Program-made: the position numbers and the translations under genes | Notes under the pieces: model-generated | What the model was told of the DNA's origin: nothing | The model's database searches: none | Seen by the model: the letters and a program-made list of their open reading frames with translations, nothing else | In this document: positions 42,945 to 53,429 of the stretch, one piece after another | How the letters are laid out: each line of letters opens with the position of its first letter | How positions within the stretch are numbered: position 1 is the first letter of the stretch | NCBI GenBank assembly: GCA_963828735.1 | Contig: CAWHFW010000002.1 | Coordinates: forward strand, 160,001-224,000 | Reading direction: 5' to 3' | DNA length: 64,000 nt | Origin: an uncultured Gemmatimonadales bacterium | GTDB taxonomy: Bacteria > Gemmatimonadota > Gemmatimonadetes > Gemmatimonadales > GWC2-71-9

Positions 42945-43874
42945 TCAGCCTGGGGTTTCGGCCAGCAGATGGGCGGCGAAGCGCTGCGGATCGAACGGCT
43001 GAAGGTCGTCCACGCCTTCGCCGACCCCGAGGAACCGGATGGGCAGGTCGAGCTCGCGGCGAAGGGCGGCCACGGCCCCGCCGCGGGCGCTGCCGTCGAG
43101 CTTGGTGACCACGATACCGGTCGGGCTCACCGCCGCAGCGAAGAGCTTGCCCTGCTGTACCGCGTTCTGGCCCACGGTGCCGTCGAGCACGAGCAAGGTC
43201 TCGTGTGGCGCGCCAGGCAATCGTCGCGCCGAGACGCGGACGACTTTGCGGAGCTCGTCCATCAGTCCCTCCTGCGTGTGCAGGCGCCCCGCGGTGTCGA
43301 CGACGATGGTGTCGAGTCCGCGCGACTGTGCAGCGTCGATGGCGTTGAAGGCAACGGACGCCGGATCGCCGCCGGGCTCGCCGGCGACACACGGGATTCC
43401 CAGGCGGTCGGCCCAGACCTGGAGCTGGGTGATGGCGCCGGCGCGATAGGTGTCGGCGGCGGCGAGCAGCACCTTCCGGCCTTCGCGCTGCAGCCGTCGC
43501 GCGAGCTTGGCGGCGGTGGTGGTCTTGCCCGTGCCGTTGACTCCCACCATGAGCACGACCGTGGGCCCCGATTCGGCCCGCGCGATGACGCCCGGATCGG
43601 CACGGCCGTTGAGCAGCGCGGCCAGCCGGCCCTCCAACGCGCTCCGGAGATCCGCCTCGGTTTTGAGCTTTCCGCGGCGCACCTCGTCCTCGAGGGCCTG
43701 GGTGAGCTCGACCGTGGCGGGCACCCCGAAATCCGCCTCGATCAGGACGCGCTCCAGGCGCTCGAGATCGTCCGCGTTGAGCCCGCGCATCAGGGCGCCG
43801 ACGTCCGTCATGGCGACGCGCTTGATGCGAGTCCAGAGGCTGTCTTTCTTGTCCGTCAGTCTACCGTTGGCCAT
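42945..43874 (-). CDS. ftsY: SRP receptor FtsY (NG domain only)
   Basis: GVNGTGKTTT, DTYRAGA, DTAGR, TKLDGSARGG. Confidence 0.93.
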   Translation of the reverse strand: MANGRLTDKKDSLWTRIKRVAMTDVGALMRGLNADDLERLERVLIEADFGVPATVELTQALEDEVRRGKLKTEADLRSALEGRLAALLNGRADPGVIARAESGPTVVLMVGVNGTGKTTTAAKLARRLQREGRKVLLAAADTYRAGAITQLQVWADRLGIPCVAGEPGGDPASVAFNAIDAAQSRGLDTIVVDTAGRLHTQEGLMDELRKVVRVSARRLPGAPHETLLVLDGTVGQNAVQQGKLFAAAVSPTGIVVTKLDGSARGGAVAALRRELDLPIRFLGVGEGVDDLQPFDPQRFAAHLLAETPG

Positions 43875-43893
43875 GCCCCAATCTACACTCGTG

Positions 43894-45693
43894 TTAGCGC
43901 AGCCCCAGCCGCCTTCGCGCGATCCATTCGGCGGCGAGCGCCGCGACGCAGAGCGCGAAGAGCCAGAGCCATTCTCGTGCGGCGCGCCGCGCCGGGGGAA
44001 CGGGCGCACGCGCCTCGTGCGCGCTCAGCACGACCGGCCGGGGCAGCAGCTCGTCCGAATACGCTTCGACCGCCGCGACCCCACCACCGCCGCCAGCCAG
44101 TCGGTACCGATACTCCCCCGGACGGAGCCAGACCTCCGCGTGACCGCTGCCGTCGAAGCGCAACGTGTCCGCCGGCGGCGCCCCTTCGCCGTTCCACGTG
44201 ATGCCGAGCGCGGTCGGAGGCCCCTGGCCCGTCCACTCGAACACCACAGGACGGCCGTTCGCGACCACCGGGCGCACCGTCCGCGCGGACCCGCGACTCG
44301 AGTCGACGCCGCCCAGCAGCCAGCTTGCCGTGGCGGCGACCCATGTACGGTAGGCCTGCTCGCTCGAGCCCCCGCGAAATGCCCAGCGCCACAGTCCGTC
44401 CACCGCCACGACCGACCTCCGCACCCGTCCATCCTCCCGCCCGAACACTGCCGGCCGCGGCGCGCCCCTACGCCCCAGTTGGGCCGTCAGGGCCGTCCAG
44501 TCACCGGGCGCTGGCTGCATCGGTGTGAGTTGGATCGCGGGAGGGAACGAGTCCACGGGCTCGCCCAGAAACGCGCCGGCCACCGGAGACGCCTCGGCGG
44601 CCATCAGATACCAATCCCCTGCCGTCGCGCTCGAGTCGGAGCCCGCGGGCCAGGTCCAGATGCCCCTCGCGGTGGCGCCTTCGGCGAGCGCGCCGACCGG
44701 CCCCATCTCGATCAGCAGATCCGCGCGCCGGGCGGCCTGGCGAACCGTGGCGGTCGAGACCACGGAGAGATCGGCCATCGAGCGCCACCGATCGAGGTCG
44801 ATGCGCGCGAACCCACGCACGGGGAGCTGCGCCACCTCCCGGAGGGTTCGATAGAGGAATCGGCTGTCCCAGTCCGCCGGATCGGCGAGCAGCACGACGC
44901 CGGGCGTCGGGGCGACGGTGACGACGTGAAGCCGCACGTCGGTTCGGGGCTCCGCATCGTCCGCGTCCGCGATCGCCACGTGAAGCACGTGCTCACCGGC
45001 GCTGATGGAGCGGGTCCCGAGCGCCAGCCGTCCGCGGGCACTCCCCCCGCGGAGGTGGAGTGTGCGCGCACCGAGCCGCTTGCCGCCGAGCATCGCCTCG
45101 ACGGTCACGCGTTCCGCGGTCGCCCCGCCCACGGCGTCGACCTCGAAGTCCAGCGGGATCGAGTCGCCCGAGGTGACACGCGCTGGTCCGCTGACGGCCG
45201 TGAGGGCCAGGTCGGGCCTGACGTTCCGGGGAAAGAGCCGGACGCTTGCCCGTGGGAGCAGGTCCGGCGGCAGATCCGGCGCGTCCTCGATCTCACCGTC
45301 GCTCACCACCACGAGCGGGCGGTCCGACGCCGAGGCCGCCACCAGGGCGGGCCCGAGCAACGAGCGCCCTCGGGTGGGAACGGTATCGTCGGAGCCGCGT
45401 TCATCACCGAATCGACGCACCTCTCCCCAGCGCGCGGCGGAGTCGCGGGCTTCGGTCCAACGGCCACCCGGCGCGGACAGGCTGAGTGACGCATCCAGCA
45501 GCACCAACGGGCGCCGCGGCGCGCCCGCGACCGGGCAGCTGACGTTGAGCAGGAGCAGGCCGAGCGAGGCCCACGCGACGGCGCGAAAGGCGAGCGGCAG
45601 CCAGCCACGACGCCCGGTGCCTTCGAGATGGAGGTAGGTGAGGGCCGCGATCCCACCGGCGAGGAGCAGGACGAGAAGGACGCGGAGGATCAT
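43894..45693 (-). CDS. vWA-domain-containing membrane protein
   Basis: Two N-terminal TM helices, MIDAS-like LLDASLS and VVSDG, C-terminal TM ending EWIARRRLGLR. Confidence 0.75.
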   Translation of the reverse strand: MILRVLLVLLLAGGIAALTYLHLEGTGRRGWLPLAFRAVAWASLGLLLLNVSCPVAGAPRRPLVLLDASLSLSAPGGRWTEARDSAARWGEVRRFGDERGSDDTVPTRGRSLLGPALVAASASDRPLVVVSDGEIEDAPDLPPDLLPRASVRLFPRNVRPDLALTAVSGPARVTSGDSIPLDFEVDAVGGATAERVTVEAMLGGKRLGARTLHLRGGSARGRLALGTRSISAGEHVLHVAIADADDAEPRTDVRLHVVTVAPTPGVVLLADPADWDSRFLYRTLREVAQLPVRGFARIDLDRWRSMADLSVVSTATVRQAARRADLLIEMGPVGALAEGATARGIWTWPAGSDSSATAGDWYLMAAEASPVAGAFLGEPVDSFPPAIQLTPMQPAPGDWTALTAQLGRRGAPRPAVFGREDGRVRRSVVAVDGLWRWAFRGGSSEQAYRTWVAATASWLLGGVDSSRGSARTVRPVVANGRPVVFEWTGQGPPTALGITWNGEGAPPADTLRFDGSGHAEVWLRPGEYRYRLAGGGGGVAAVEAYSDELLPRPVVLSAHEARAPVPPARRAAREWLWLFALCVAALAAEWIARRRLGLR

Positions 45694-46421
45694 CTGACGG
45701 GTGGCGTGGCGGCGGCCTCCAGCGCCTGGGCCAGCTCGAATTTCCCTTCGTACAGCGCGCGGCCGACGATCACCCCGGCGAGACCGGCCTCGCGGACCGC
45801 GTGGATGTCGGAGAGCGCGGCGATCCCGCCGCTGGCAATCACGTCCGCGCCGCACGCCCGAAGCCGGCTGGCACCGTCGAGATCGGGACCCGCGAGCATC
45901 CCGTCGCGCGCCACGTCGGTGTAGATGAGGGTTCGCACTCCCTCGTTCGCCACGCGGCTCGCCAGAGTCTCGGCGGTGAGCGCGGAGGTCTCGGTCCAGC
46001 CGCGGATCGCGACGTGTCCCTCCCGCGCGTCGATGCCCACGGCGACCCGGTCTGCTCCTTCCGCCCCGAGGATGTCGGGGATGACGGCGGGATCCACGGC
46101 GGCCGCCGTGCCCACGACGACCCGGCTCACCCCCTGTGCCAGCGCCTCGCGCACGCGCTCGACGCTGCGAAGCCCGCCGCCAAGCTGGATCCTCGCCCGC
46201 GACCCGGCTCGCGTCACGATCCGCCGGACCAGCGCCAGGTTGTCGCCGTCACCGAAAGCGCGATCGAGATCCACGACGTGGATCCACTCCGCACCTTGGT
46301 CCACGAAGCGCTCGGCCACCGCGACCGGATCGTCCCCATAAACGGTTTGCCGCGTCGCCTCGCCCTGGCTCAGGCGAACGACGCGGCCATGTCGAATGTC
46401 GATGGCTGGGAAGAGGTCCAC
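45690..46421 (-). CDS. hisA: ProFAR isomerase HisA
   Basis: PAIDIRHGRVVRL, HVVDLD, QLGGGLR, TDVARDGML, ASGG, GRALYEG. Confidence 0.92.
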   Translation of the reverse strand: MDLFPAIDIRHGRVVRLSQGEATRQTVYGDDPVAVAERFVDQGAEWIHVVDLDRAFGDGDNLALVRRIVTRAGSRARIQLGGGLRSVERVREALAQGVSRVVVGTAAAVDPAVIPDILGAEGADRVAVGIDAREGHVAIRGWTETSALTAETLASRVANEGVRTLIYTDVARDGMLAGPDLDGASRLRACGADVIASGGIAALSDIHAVREAGLAGVIVGRALYEGKFELAQALEAAATPPVR

Positions 46422-46431
46422 TACAGGAACG

Positions 46432-47724
46432 CTACGGCAGCCACCGGGCCTGGGTTTCCCGCGGCGGCGAAGGGGCCTGGGCGACAGCGGCGGGGGAATC
46501 GGGGTGCAGCAGCGTGAGCAGGCGGTCGCGCTCGGCCTGGAAATCGGCGCGGAGCTCGTCCCGGATGGGGGCGCCATTCCCGAGCTCGACCCTGCGCGAA
46601 TCCTTGGCGACGCCGTTGACGCGGAACTCGTAGTGCAGGTGCGGCCCGCTGGCCAGGCCGGTGGACCCGACGTATCCGATCGTCTGGCCTTGCTCCACCC
46701 GGGCGCCCGCATGGATGCCTCGCGCGAAGCCGCGCAGGTGGCCGTAGCGCGTGGTGATGCCGTTCCGATGGCGCAGCTCGATCAGGTTGCCGTACCCGCC
46801 TGCCCGGCCCGCCCGCAGCACGACGCCGTCGCCTGCAGCCATGACCGGGGTCCCGGGCGCCGCGGCGTAGTCGGTGCCCTCGTGCCGGCGTGTGATGCCC
46901 AGAATCGGATGGAAACGCGCACGGGCGAACCTCGAGGAGATGCGGCGGAACTGGACTGGCGCCCGGAGGAACGCCCGGCGAAGCGACTTGCCGTCGGCGT
47001 CGTAGAAGGCGGCGTGGCCGTCGCCCTCGAAGCGGAACGCGGTCAGGCTCTTGCCGGACATGGTGAGGTCCGCGGCCATCACGCGACCGAATCGCTTCTC
47101 GCCCTCCTCCGACACGAGCCGCTCGAACACGACCTGAAAGCGGTCCCCGGCCTGGATGTCGCGGGTGAAGTCCACCTGCCAGGCGAAGACGTCGGCCAGA
47201 TCCCAGGCCAGACGTTGCCGGTTGGCTCCGTCGAGCTGATCGTCGCCCACCTGCGCATCGAGCGCCTCGTAGAGCGAATTGTCGATTCCCCCTTCGATCC
47301 GGACCGTCTCGGCGCTCCAGGCGATGGCCTGGACGTTGGTCGTCCACCCGTCGCCGACGCGCCGGAACACGACCCGCTGCTCCGGATCGGTTCGGACGCT
47401 GATCTCCGTGGGCGACGCCGCCGTATCGGGGCGGCGAAACGTGAACACCAGGCCCGAGGGAAGCCGGCGCGGATCGAACGAGGTCGACGGGTCGATGCGG
47501 GAGAGGTCCAGGTCTACGATGCCGTGGCGCGCGAAAAGATCGGAAACCGTCTCCCCGCGGTCGAGCGTGTCGAGGGTCTCGGTGATGGGGTGGGAGACGA
47601 TCGGCCGGGTTACGGCGAGCGGCGCAGGCGCAGACAGCCGGCGCCAGGGCCAGCGTCCCGACGTCGCGAACGCGGCGGCGGCCACCAGTACCACGGCGGC
47701 CGCGCCCACCCTGAGCGGACGCAT
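46432..47724 (-). CDS. M23 family peptidoglycan DD-metalloendopeptidase (MepM-like)
   Basis: HEGTD (HxxxD), GGYGN, YGHL, GPHLHYE; N-terminal hydrophobic anchor. Confidence 0.92.
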   Translation of the reverse strand: MRPLRVGAAAVVLVAAAAFATSGRWPWRRLSAPAPLAVTRPIVSHPITETLDTLDRGETVSDLFARHGIVDLDLSRIDPSTSFDPRRLPSGLVFTFRRPDTAASPTEISVRTDPEQRVVFRRVGDGWTTNVQAIAWSAETVRIEGGIDNSLYEALDAQVGDDQLDGANRQRLAWDLADVFAWQVDFTRDIQAGDRFQVVFERLVSEEGEKRFGRVMAADLTMSGKSLTAFRFEGDGHAAFYDADGKSLRRAFLRAPVQFRRISSRFARARFHPILGITRRHEGTDYAAAPGTPVMAAGDGVVLRAGRAGGYGNLIELRHRNGITTRYGHLRGFARGIHAGARVEQGQTIGYVGSTGLASGPHLHYEFRVNGVAKDSRRVELGNGAPIRDELRADFQAERDRLLTLLHPDSPAAVAQAPSPPRETQARWLP

Positions 47725-48899
47725 CAGTCCATCTGCCGCCGGATGAAGGTGGGGATCTCCATCTCCGGCACTTCGGTCGAGCCGGCGGCCGGCGCCTGCG
47801 GCAGCCGCGGGGCGGCACGGGGCGCGGCGGCCGGGGCCTGGGGCGCCGGCATACCGGGAGACGAGGGGCGCGTGCGCTGCGGGAAGTTGAGCACGCCGGC
47901 CGCGCCGGAGGTCCGGGTGAGCGGCTGATCGCCGGTCACGGCGCGGTCGAAGCCGGTCGCGATGACGGTGACCCGCACCTCGCCGCGCATGGCCGGGTCG
48001 TTGCCGGCGCCGAAGATGATCTCGGCGTCGTCGCCGACGGCGTCGTGGATGATGTCGTTGATCTGGGTGGTCTCGCCCAGCGTCAGGTCATCGCCGCCGA
48101 TGATGTTGATCAGCACGCCGGTGGCGCCCGCGATGGAGACGTTGTCGAGCAGCGGGCTGCTGATGGCCTGCTGGGCGGCCTCGAGCGCCCGGTTCTCGCC
48201 GCGGCCGATGCCCGTGCCCATGAGCGCGGCGCCCCCGTTCTGCATGACGGTGCGGACGTCGGCGAAGTCCACGTTGATGATGCCGGTGCTGGTGATGAGA
48301 CTGGCGATGCCCTGCGTCGCGTGGAGCAGGACCTCGTCGGCCTTCTTGAGGGCCTCCTGGAACGGAATCCCCTTGCCGACCACGGCGAGGAGCCGCTCGT
48401 TCGGCACCACGATCATCGTGTCCACGTTCTTCCGCAGCTCGGCGATGCCCTGCTCCGCCTGCTTCATGCGGCGGCGGCCCTCGAACAGGAAGGGCTTGGT
48501 CACGATTCCGACCGTGAGGGCGCCGGTCTCCCGCGCCATCTGCGCCACGACGGGGGCCGCCCCGGTGCCGGTGCCGCCGCCCATGCCGCAGGTGACGAAC
48601 ACCATGTCCGCGCCCTGAACCGATTGGGCGACTTCGTCGCGGTTCTCCTCGATCGCCTGGCGGCCGATCTCCGGCCGGGCCCCGGCGCCGAGTCCGCGGG
48701 TCAGCTTGCGCCCGATCTGGATCTTGATGTCCGACTTGGAAATCGCCAGCGCCTGGGCGTCGGTGTTGACCGAGATGAACTCGACGCCGCCGAGCTGATC
48801 CTCGATCATGCGGTTGACGGCGTTGCCACCGCCGCCGCCGACGCCGATCACCTTCATTCGGGCGGTCTGAACGCCGCTCTCTTCCAGCTCAAATCTCAT
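47724..48899 (-). CDS. ftsZ: Cell division protein FtsZ
   Basis: [25 protein letters not shown]-terminal IPTFIRRQ. Confidence 0.97.
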   Translation of the reverse strand: MRFELEESGVQTARMKVIGVGGGGGNAVNRMIEDQLGGVEFISVNTDAQALAISKSDIKIQIGRKLTRGLGAGARPEIGRQAIEENRDEVAQSVQGADMVFVTCGMGGGTGTGAAPVVAQMARETGALTVGIVTKPFLFEGRRRMKQAEQGIAELRKNVDTMIVVPNERLLAVVGKGIPFQEALKKADEVLLHATQGIASLITSTGIINVDFADVRTVMQNGGAALMGTGIGRGENRALEAAQQAISSPLLDNVSIAGATGVLINIIGGDDLTLGETTQINDIIHDAVGDDAEIIFGAGNDPAMRGEVRVTVIATGFDRAVTGDQPLTRTSGAAGVLNFPQRTRPSSPGMPAPQAPAAAPRAAPRLPQAPAAGSTEVPEMEIPTFIRRQMD

Positions 48900-48921
48900 G
48901 GTGTGTTCCCCTCGGCGCGAC

Positions 48922-50176
48922 TCAGAAGAAGTCCTGGAGCCACCGTTTTACCGGAGCGAGCACCTTCTCGACCGCCGGCGACTTGCGGGCACCGGTCCCG
49001 AAGCCGCCGCTCGTTGCCACCTGCCGGGCACCGTACAGTACCAGTCCCGCGGATACCGCCATTCGCGGTGACTCGACGCTGTCCGCCAACCCCCGGAGCC
49101 GCTGGCCGGGAATGCCGCAGCGGGCCGGCGTGGCGAAGACCTCGCGGGCCAGTTCCACGATGCCCGGGGTCAGGGCCCCGCCGCCCGTGAGGATCACGCC
49201 CGCGGGAAGACGCTGATGATAGCCTGCACGGGTGATCTCGTCGAGCGCATACTCGAGTACTTCCTGCAACCGCATGTGCATGATATGCGCCAGTACGCGA
49301 CGCTGCGCATTCCGGGCGCCCTGACCCGGCGTGCTTGGCAGCTCGAACACGTCGCTCTCCGGCACCAGCGGCTCGAATCCGCCGCCGTAACGCTCCTTCA
49401 GCCGCTCCGCGTCCAGCTGTGTCACCTGCAGTCCGTGAACGATGTCGGCCGTGACGTGTCCGCCGGCGCACAGCAGCGATCGCGGTGTGCCGGATCTTTC
49501 CGTTGTGAAAGATCGACACGTTGGTGGATCCGCCCCCCAGCTCGATGACGGCGCAGCCGAGCTCGATCTCGTCGGGCGTGAGGACCGCCAGCGACGCCGC
49601 CAGCGGCTCCAGGACGAACTCCTGGACGTGATATCCCGCGCGCTCGACGCTCTTCTTCAGGTTCTGCAGGACGCTGGAGAGCACCGTGACGAGGTAGACC
49701 TCGGCCTCCAGCCGCGACCCCGTCATGCCGATCGGCTCGTTGATCCCGCCCTGCTGGTCGATCAGATAGTCCTGCGGAATGGCGTGCAGCAGCTCGTGGT
49801 CCCGCCCGAAGCTGATGTTGCTCGCCATGTCGTTGACCCGCGCCACATCGCTGGTCCGGATCTCGTCGCCCGTGACGCTGACCATGCCGTGCGAGCTGCG
49901 CCCCGCCACGTGCTCGCCCGCGATGCCGCAGTAGGCCGACCCCACTTCGACGCCCGCCATACGCTGGGCGCTCTTCATCGCTTTGTCGATGGCCCGGGTG
50001 GTTTCTTCGATGTCACGGACCACGCCGCGCCGGATCCCGCCGGTCTTCTCCGAGGCCACGCCCAGGATCCGAGCGCCCACGTCGCGCGCATCGCCCGTGA
50101 CCTCCGCGATGGCGGCGACGACCTTGGTCGAGCCGAGGTCGAGCGCCGCCACCAGCCGCTGAGGCTGCGCGCTCAT
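48922..50176 (-). CDS. ftsA: Cell division protein FtsA; apparent +1 frameshift near 49480
   Basis: [15 protein letters not shown] in one frame; AERLKE, ILTGGGA and amphipathic KRWLQDFF in the next. Confidence 0.9.
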
Positions 50177-50863
50177 GCGCGCGCCCGGCGGACGATCACC
50201 TGACCGGCGAAGCGTCCATCGAGTTCCTGGTATGACCGCCCGCTCCGGGCGAGCGCCTGCTCCACCGCCATCACCGCTCGAATGTCCTCCGCGGAAACCT
50301 GTGCGCCGAACCAGAGGCGCCGCCCCCCGACCTCGAGTACCACGTCCGGCCCCACCCGCCACGCCGCTCCGATTCGCGCGAACAGGTCGGGATCGAAATC
50401 CCGCACCCGCGCGAGCACGCCCGTCACCACCGCATCGCCGTAGGCCGCGTACGGCAGGTCGGGCGCCGAGCGGAGCGGGTCGTAGGGAAGCACCCGGCCC
50501 CGCGCGTCCAGCAGGACAAGCCCGTCGCCGCGGCTCGCGAGCGCCACCGGGGTGGCTTCGACCAGCTCGACCCGCAGCGTTCCCGGCAGCCGCCGGCCGA
50601 TCTCCGCCGACGTCACGCCCGGCATCGCCGACCAGCCGGCGCACGAGCGGCGCCGGGTCGTCGAACACGCTGGCCGTCGGCGGCAGCTTCAGCGCGCCGA
50701 TCACGCTTCGCCGGATCAAGATACTGCAATCCGGCGATCTCCACCCGCCGACCCGGAAAAAATCGAGACCGCGGAGCGATCTGGGAAGCCCGAACCAGAG
50801 CGCGAGCCCGAGTCCGAGGCCGCCGAGGATCTTCCAGCCGGGCTTCAGGCGGCCCCGAGCCAC
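50173..50863 (-). CDS. ftsQ: Cell division protein FtsQ/DivIB; about three indels (about 50750, 50706, 50630)
   Basis: TM segment, then FFRV/RRVEIAG POTRA pieces, RRLPGTLRVELVE and C-terminal ELDGRFAGQVIVR; position between murC and ftsA. Confidence 0.75.
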
Positions 50864-52225
50864 CGCACGAGCTCGGGACCGACCCGGGTGATGTCGCCCG
50901 CGCCGAGGGTGAGGACGACGTCGCCCGGCTCGAGCGCCTCGTAGACGTGGCGCCCCACGTCCGGCCGGCTGGGCTCGAACCGCGCATCGGCGCCCGCCCG
51001 TTGCGCCGCTTCGGCGACCTGGCGGCCGCTCACGCCGTCGATCGGCTGCTCGCGCGCCGCGTAGACCTCGGTCACCACCACGAGATCGGCGGCGGCCAGC
51101 GCCTCGCCCATGGCCGTGCCGTGCGCCGCCGTCCGCGAGTAGAGGTGCGGCTGGAACACGGCCACCAGCCGCCGGCCCGGGATAGGCCTGGCGCGCCGCC
51201 GCGAGCGTGGCCACGAGCTCGGAGGGGTGGTGGGCGTAGTCATCCACCACCGCCACGCCGCCATGCTCGCCCAGCCGCTCGAACCGGCGACCCACGCCCG
51301 CGAACTCGCGCCAGCGCCTCCGCCGCCCGGTCCAGCGCGTCCGCCGATCGCCTCGGTGGCGGCCGAGCGCGGCGACGGCGTTGCGGAGATTGTGGACCCC
51401 GGGCACCCGGAGCCGGAGCCGGAGCGAGCGCCCGTCGCGCCAGCGGACCGTGGCCTCGGTCCGGTCGGCGTGCTGCGCGGTGTCTGAAATTCTGACGTCG
51501 GCGTCGTCGCTGAAACCGAACCGCCGGACCCCGCGGCCGAGCCGGCCGGCGATGAGCCGCGCGCCGGGATCGTCGGCGCTCACGACGGCCGTCTCGGCCC
51601 GCCCGGCGAACTCCACGAAGGCGTCCTCCAGCGCGGCCATCGAGCCGTAGCACTCGAGGTGGTCCGGTTCGACGTTGTTCACGATCGCGACCGTCGGATA
51701 CAGCGTGAGGAACGCCTTGTCGTACTCGTCGGCTTCGACGACGAACAGGTCGTCGCCCGCGACGCGGGCGTTGCCGCCCCAGGCATTCACCCGGCCGCCC
51801 GCGATGCCGGTCGGCGACGAGACCCGCCGCCGTGAGCGCCTCGGTGGTCATCACCGTCGTCGTCGTCTTGCCGTGCGTTCCCGACGACGGCCACCGAGCG
51901 AGCCGACGCCGACCAGCGCCGCCAGCGCTTCCTTGCGCGGCACCACCGGCAGGCCCAGCGCGCGCGCCCGTTCGAGCTCGGGATGATTGGCCGGGATCGC
52001 GGCGCTCACGACCACCGCGCGCGCGCCCTCGAGGTGCGACGGGTCGTGACCCTGCCAGATGCGCGCGCCCATCGCCGCCACGTCGGCCGCGCCCGCCGGA
52101 TCGGTGTCGCACCCGCTCACGACGACCCCGCGCCGGCAGGCGATCAGCGCGAGCGCGCTCATGCCGGCCCCGCCGACTCCGACGAAATGGACCGGTCGCC
52201 TATCCGAGGGGGTGAACAGGTTCAT
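50845..52225 (-). CDS. murC: UDP-N-acetylmuramate--L-alanine ligase; about seven single-base insertions
   Basis: HFVGVGGAGMS, SGTHGKTTT, VEADEYD, GVGRRFE, DDYAHHP, FQPHLYSRT, GAGDI spread over alternating frames. Confidence 0.88.
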
Positions 52226-52274
52226 GATGGATGCGCTAATGTAAGTAATTGCTGCGAGTTCTGAAAGTGCGGGA

Positions 52275-53389
52275 TCAGGCCGTCAGCGTCAATAATTTCG
52301 ACACTATGTCGGCCGCGGCGTGCGGTCGGCCGCGGGCGAGCGCGCGAGACGCCATATCCGTCACGGCGCCGGCGATCGCCGAGCAGGCTCCCGACGGCGG
52401 CCGCCAGCGTGGCGGGGGTCAGTTCGGCCTGGCGGAGCAGCGCGCTGGCGCCCGCCTCCGCCAGCACCCGCGCGTTGTGGGTCTGGTGGTCGGCCGCCGC
52501 CGTCGGAAGCGGGATGAGGACACTCGGGCAAGTCCCCAGGCGCAGAGCTCCGCCACCGTGATCATCCCCGCTCGCGAGACGACGACATCGGCGACGGCAT
52601 AGCCATCCGCCATCGGGTCGAGGAAGTCGATGACCTGGACCGCCGGGAGGCCGATGGCGGGCCGCGAATTCGTCATGGGTTCCGCGACCCGGTCACCCAC
52701 AGCAGATCGGCTTCCGCGGGCCCACCCGCATCGAGCCAGCCCGGCGACCGCCCGGTTGATGGCGAGCGCACCCTGGCTGCCACCGGTCACGAGCACGACC
52801 GGCCGCGTCCCCGTGAGCCCGAACCGCGCGAGCGCCCGCGCCCGTCGCTCCGGCGTCGGGCGGGGCGATGGGATTGCCGGTGTCGAACACCTCGGTCTGG
52901 CGGCCGAAATGGAGCAGCGCACGAGCCTCGGGCAGGCCGAGGTACACGTGGCGAACCCGCCGGCTCAGCAGCCGGGTGGCGAGTCCGGGGTAGGCGTTCT
53001 GTTCCTGGACTGCGGTCGGGGACCCCGTGCCGCGTGCCCCACCAGACGACGGGCGCGGAGGCGTAGCCTCCCGTCCCGAGGACGGCGATCGGCCGCTCCT
53101 CGGCGAACACCCGGCTGACCTCGCGCAGCAGCCGGCCTGCGATGAGCGGCCAGCGCACGTTTCTCCACCAGGTTCGCCGGTAGATCGGCTCGGACGGCAG
53201 CAGGTGGAATCGGAAATCGCGAGTCGGAAGCAGGCGCGCCTCCACGCCGCGCACGGCCCCGACGAGGACGGGCTCGACGTCCGGAACACGCTCGACCAGC
53301 GTCTGCGCGATCGCGAGCGCGGGCATCAGATGGCCTCCGGTTCCGCCGCCGGCGATCAGGATGCGGCGGGATGGCCGAGCGCCGCTCAC
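52275..53389 (-). CDS. murG: Lipid II GlcNAc transferase MurG; multiple indels
   Basis: GGGTGGH, GTGGYAS, QEQN, TGNP, GGSQGA, SRAG spread across frames; C-terminus AAADIVSKLLTLTA with stop at 52275. Confidence 0.88.
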
Positions 53390-53429
53390 TTCACGCCCGG
53401 CTTCGCCGCCTCCGCGCGCCTCTCGGGTC

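Noticed and set aside
45690..46421. Bifunctional PriA instead of HisA
   Set aside because: Has GGG rather than the SGG typical of PriA; an orphan location alone is not evidence.
48896..51790. Apparent 964-aa MurC-FtsQ-FtsA fusion
   Set aside because: Patchwork of three genes joined by indel-shifted frames.
48922..53389. Pseudogenes or programmed frameshifting in ftsA/ftsQ/murC/murG
   Set aside because: Essential genes with intact motifs, no slippery sites noticed, and tightly clustered single-base indels; assembly error is far more likely.
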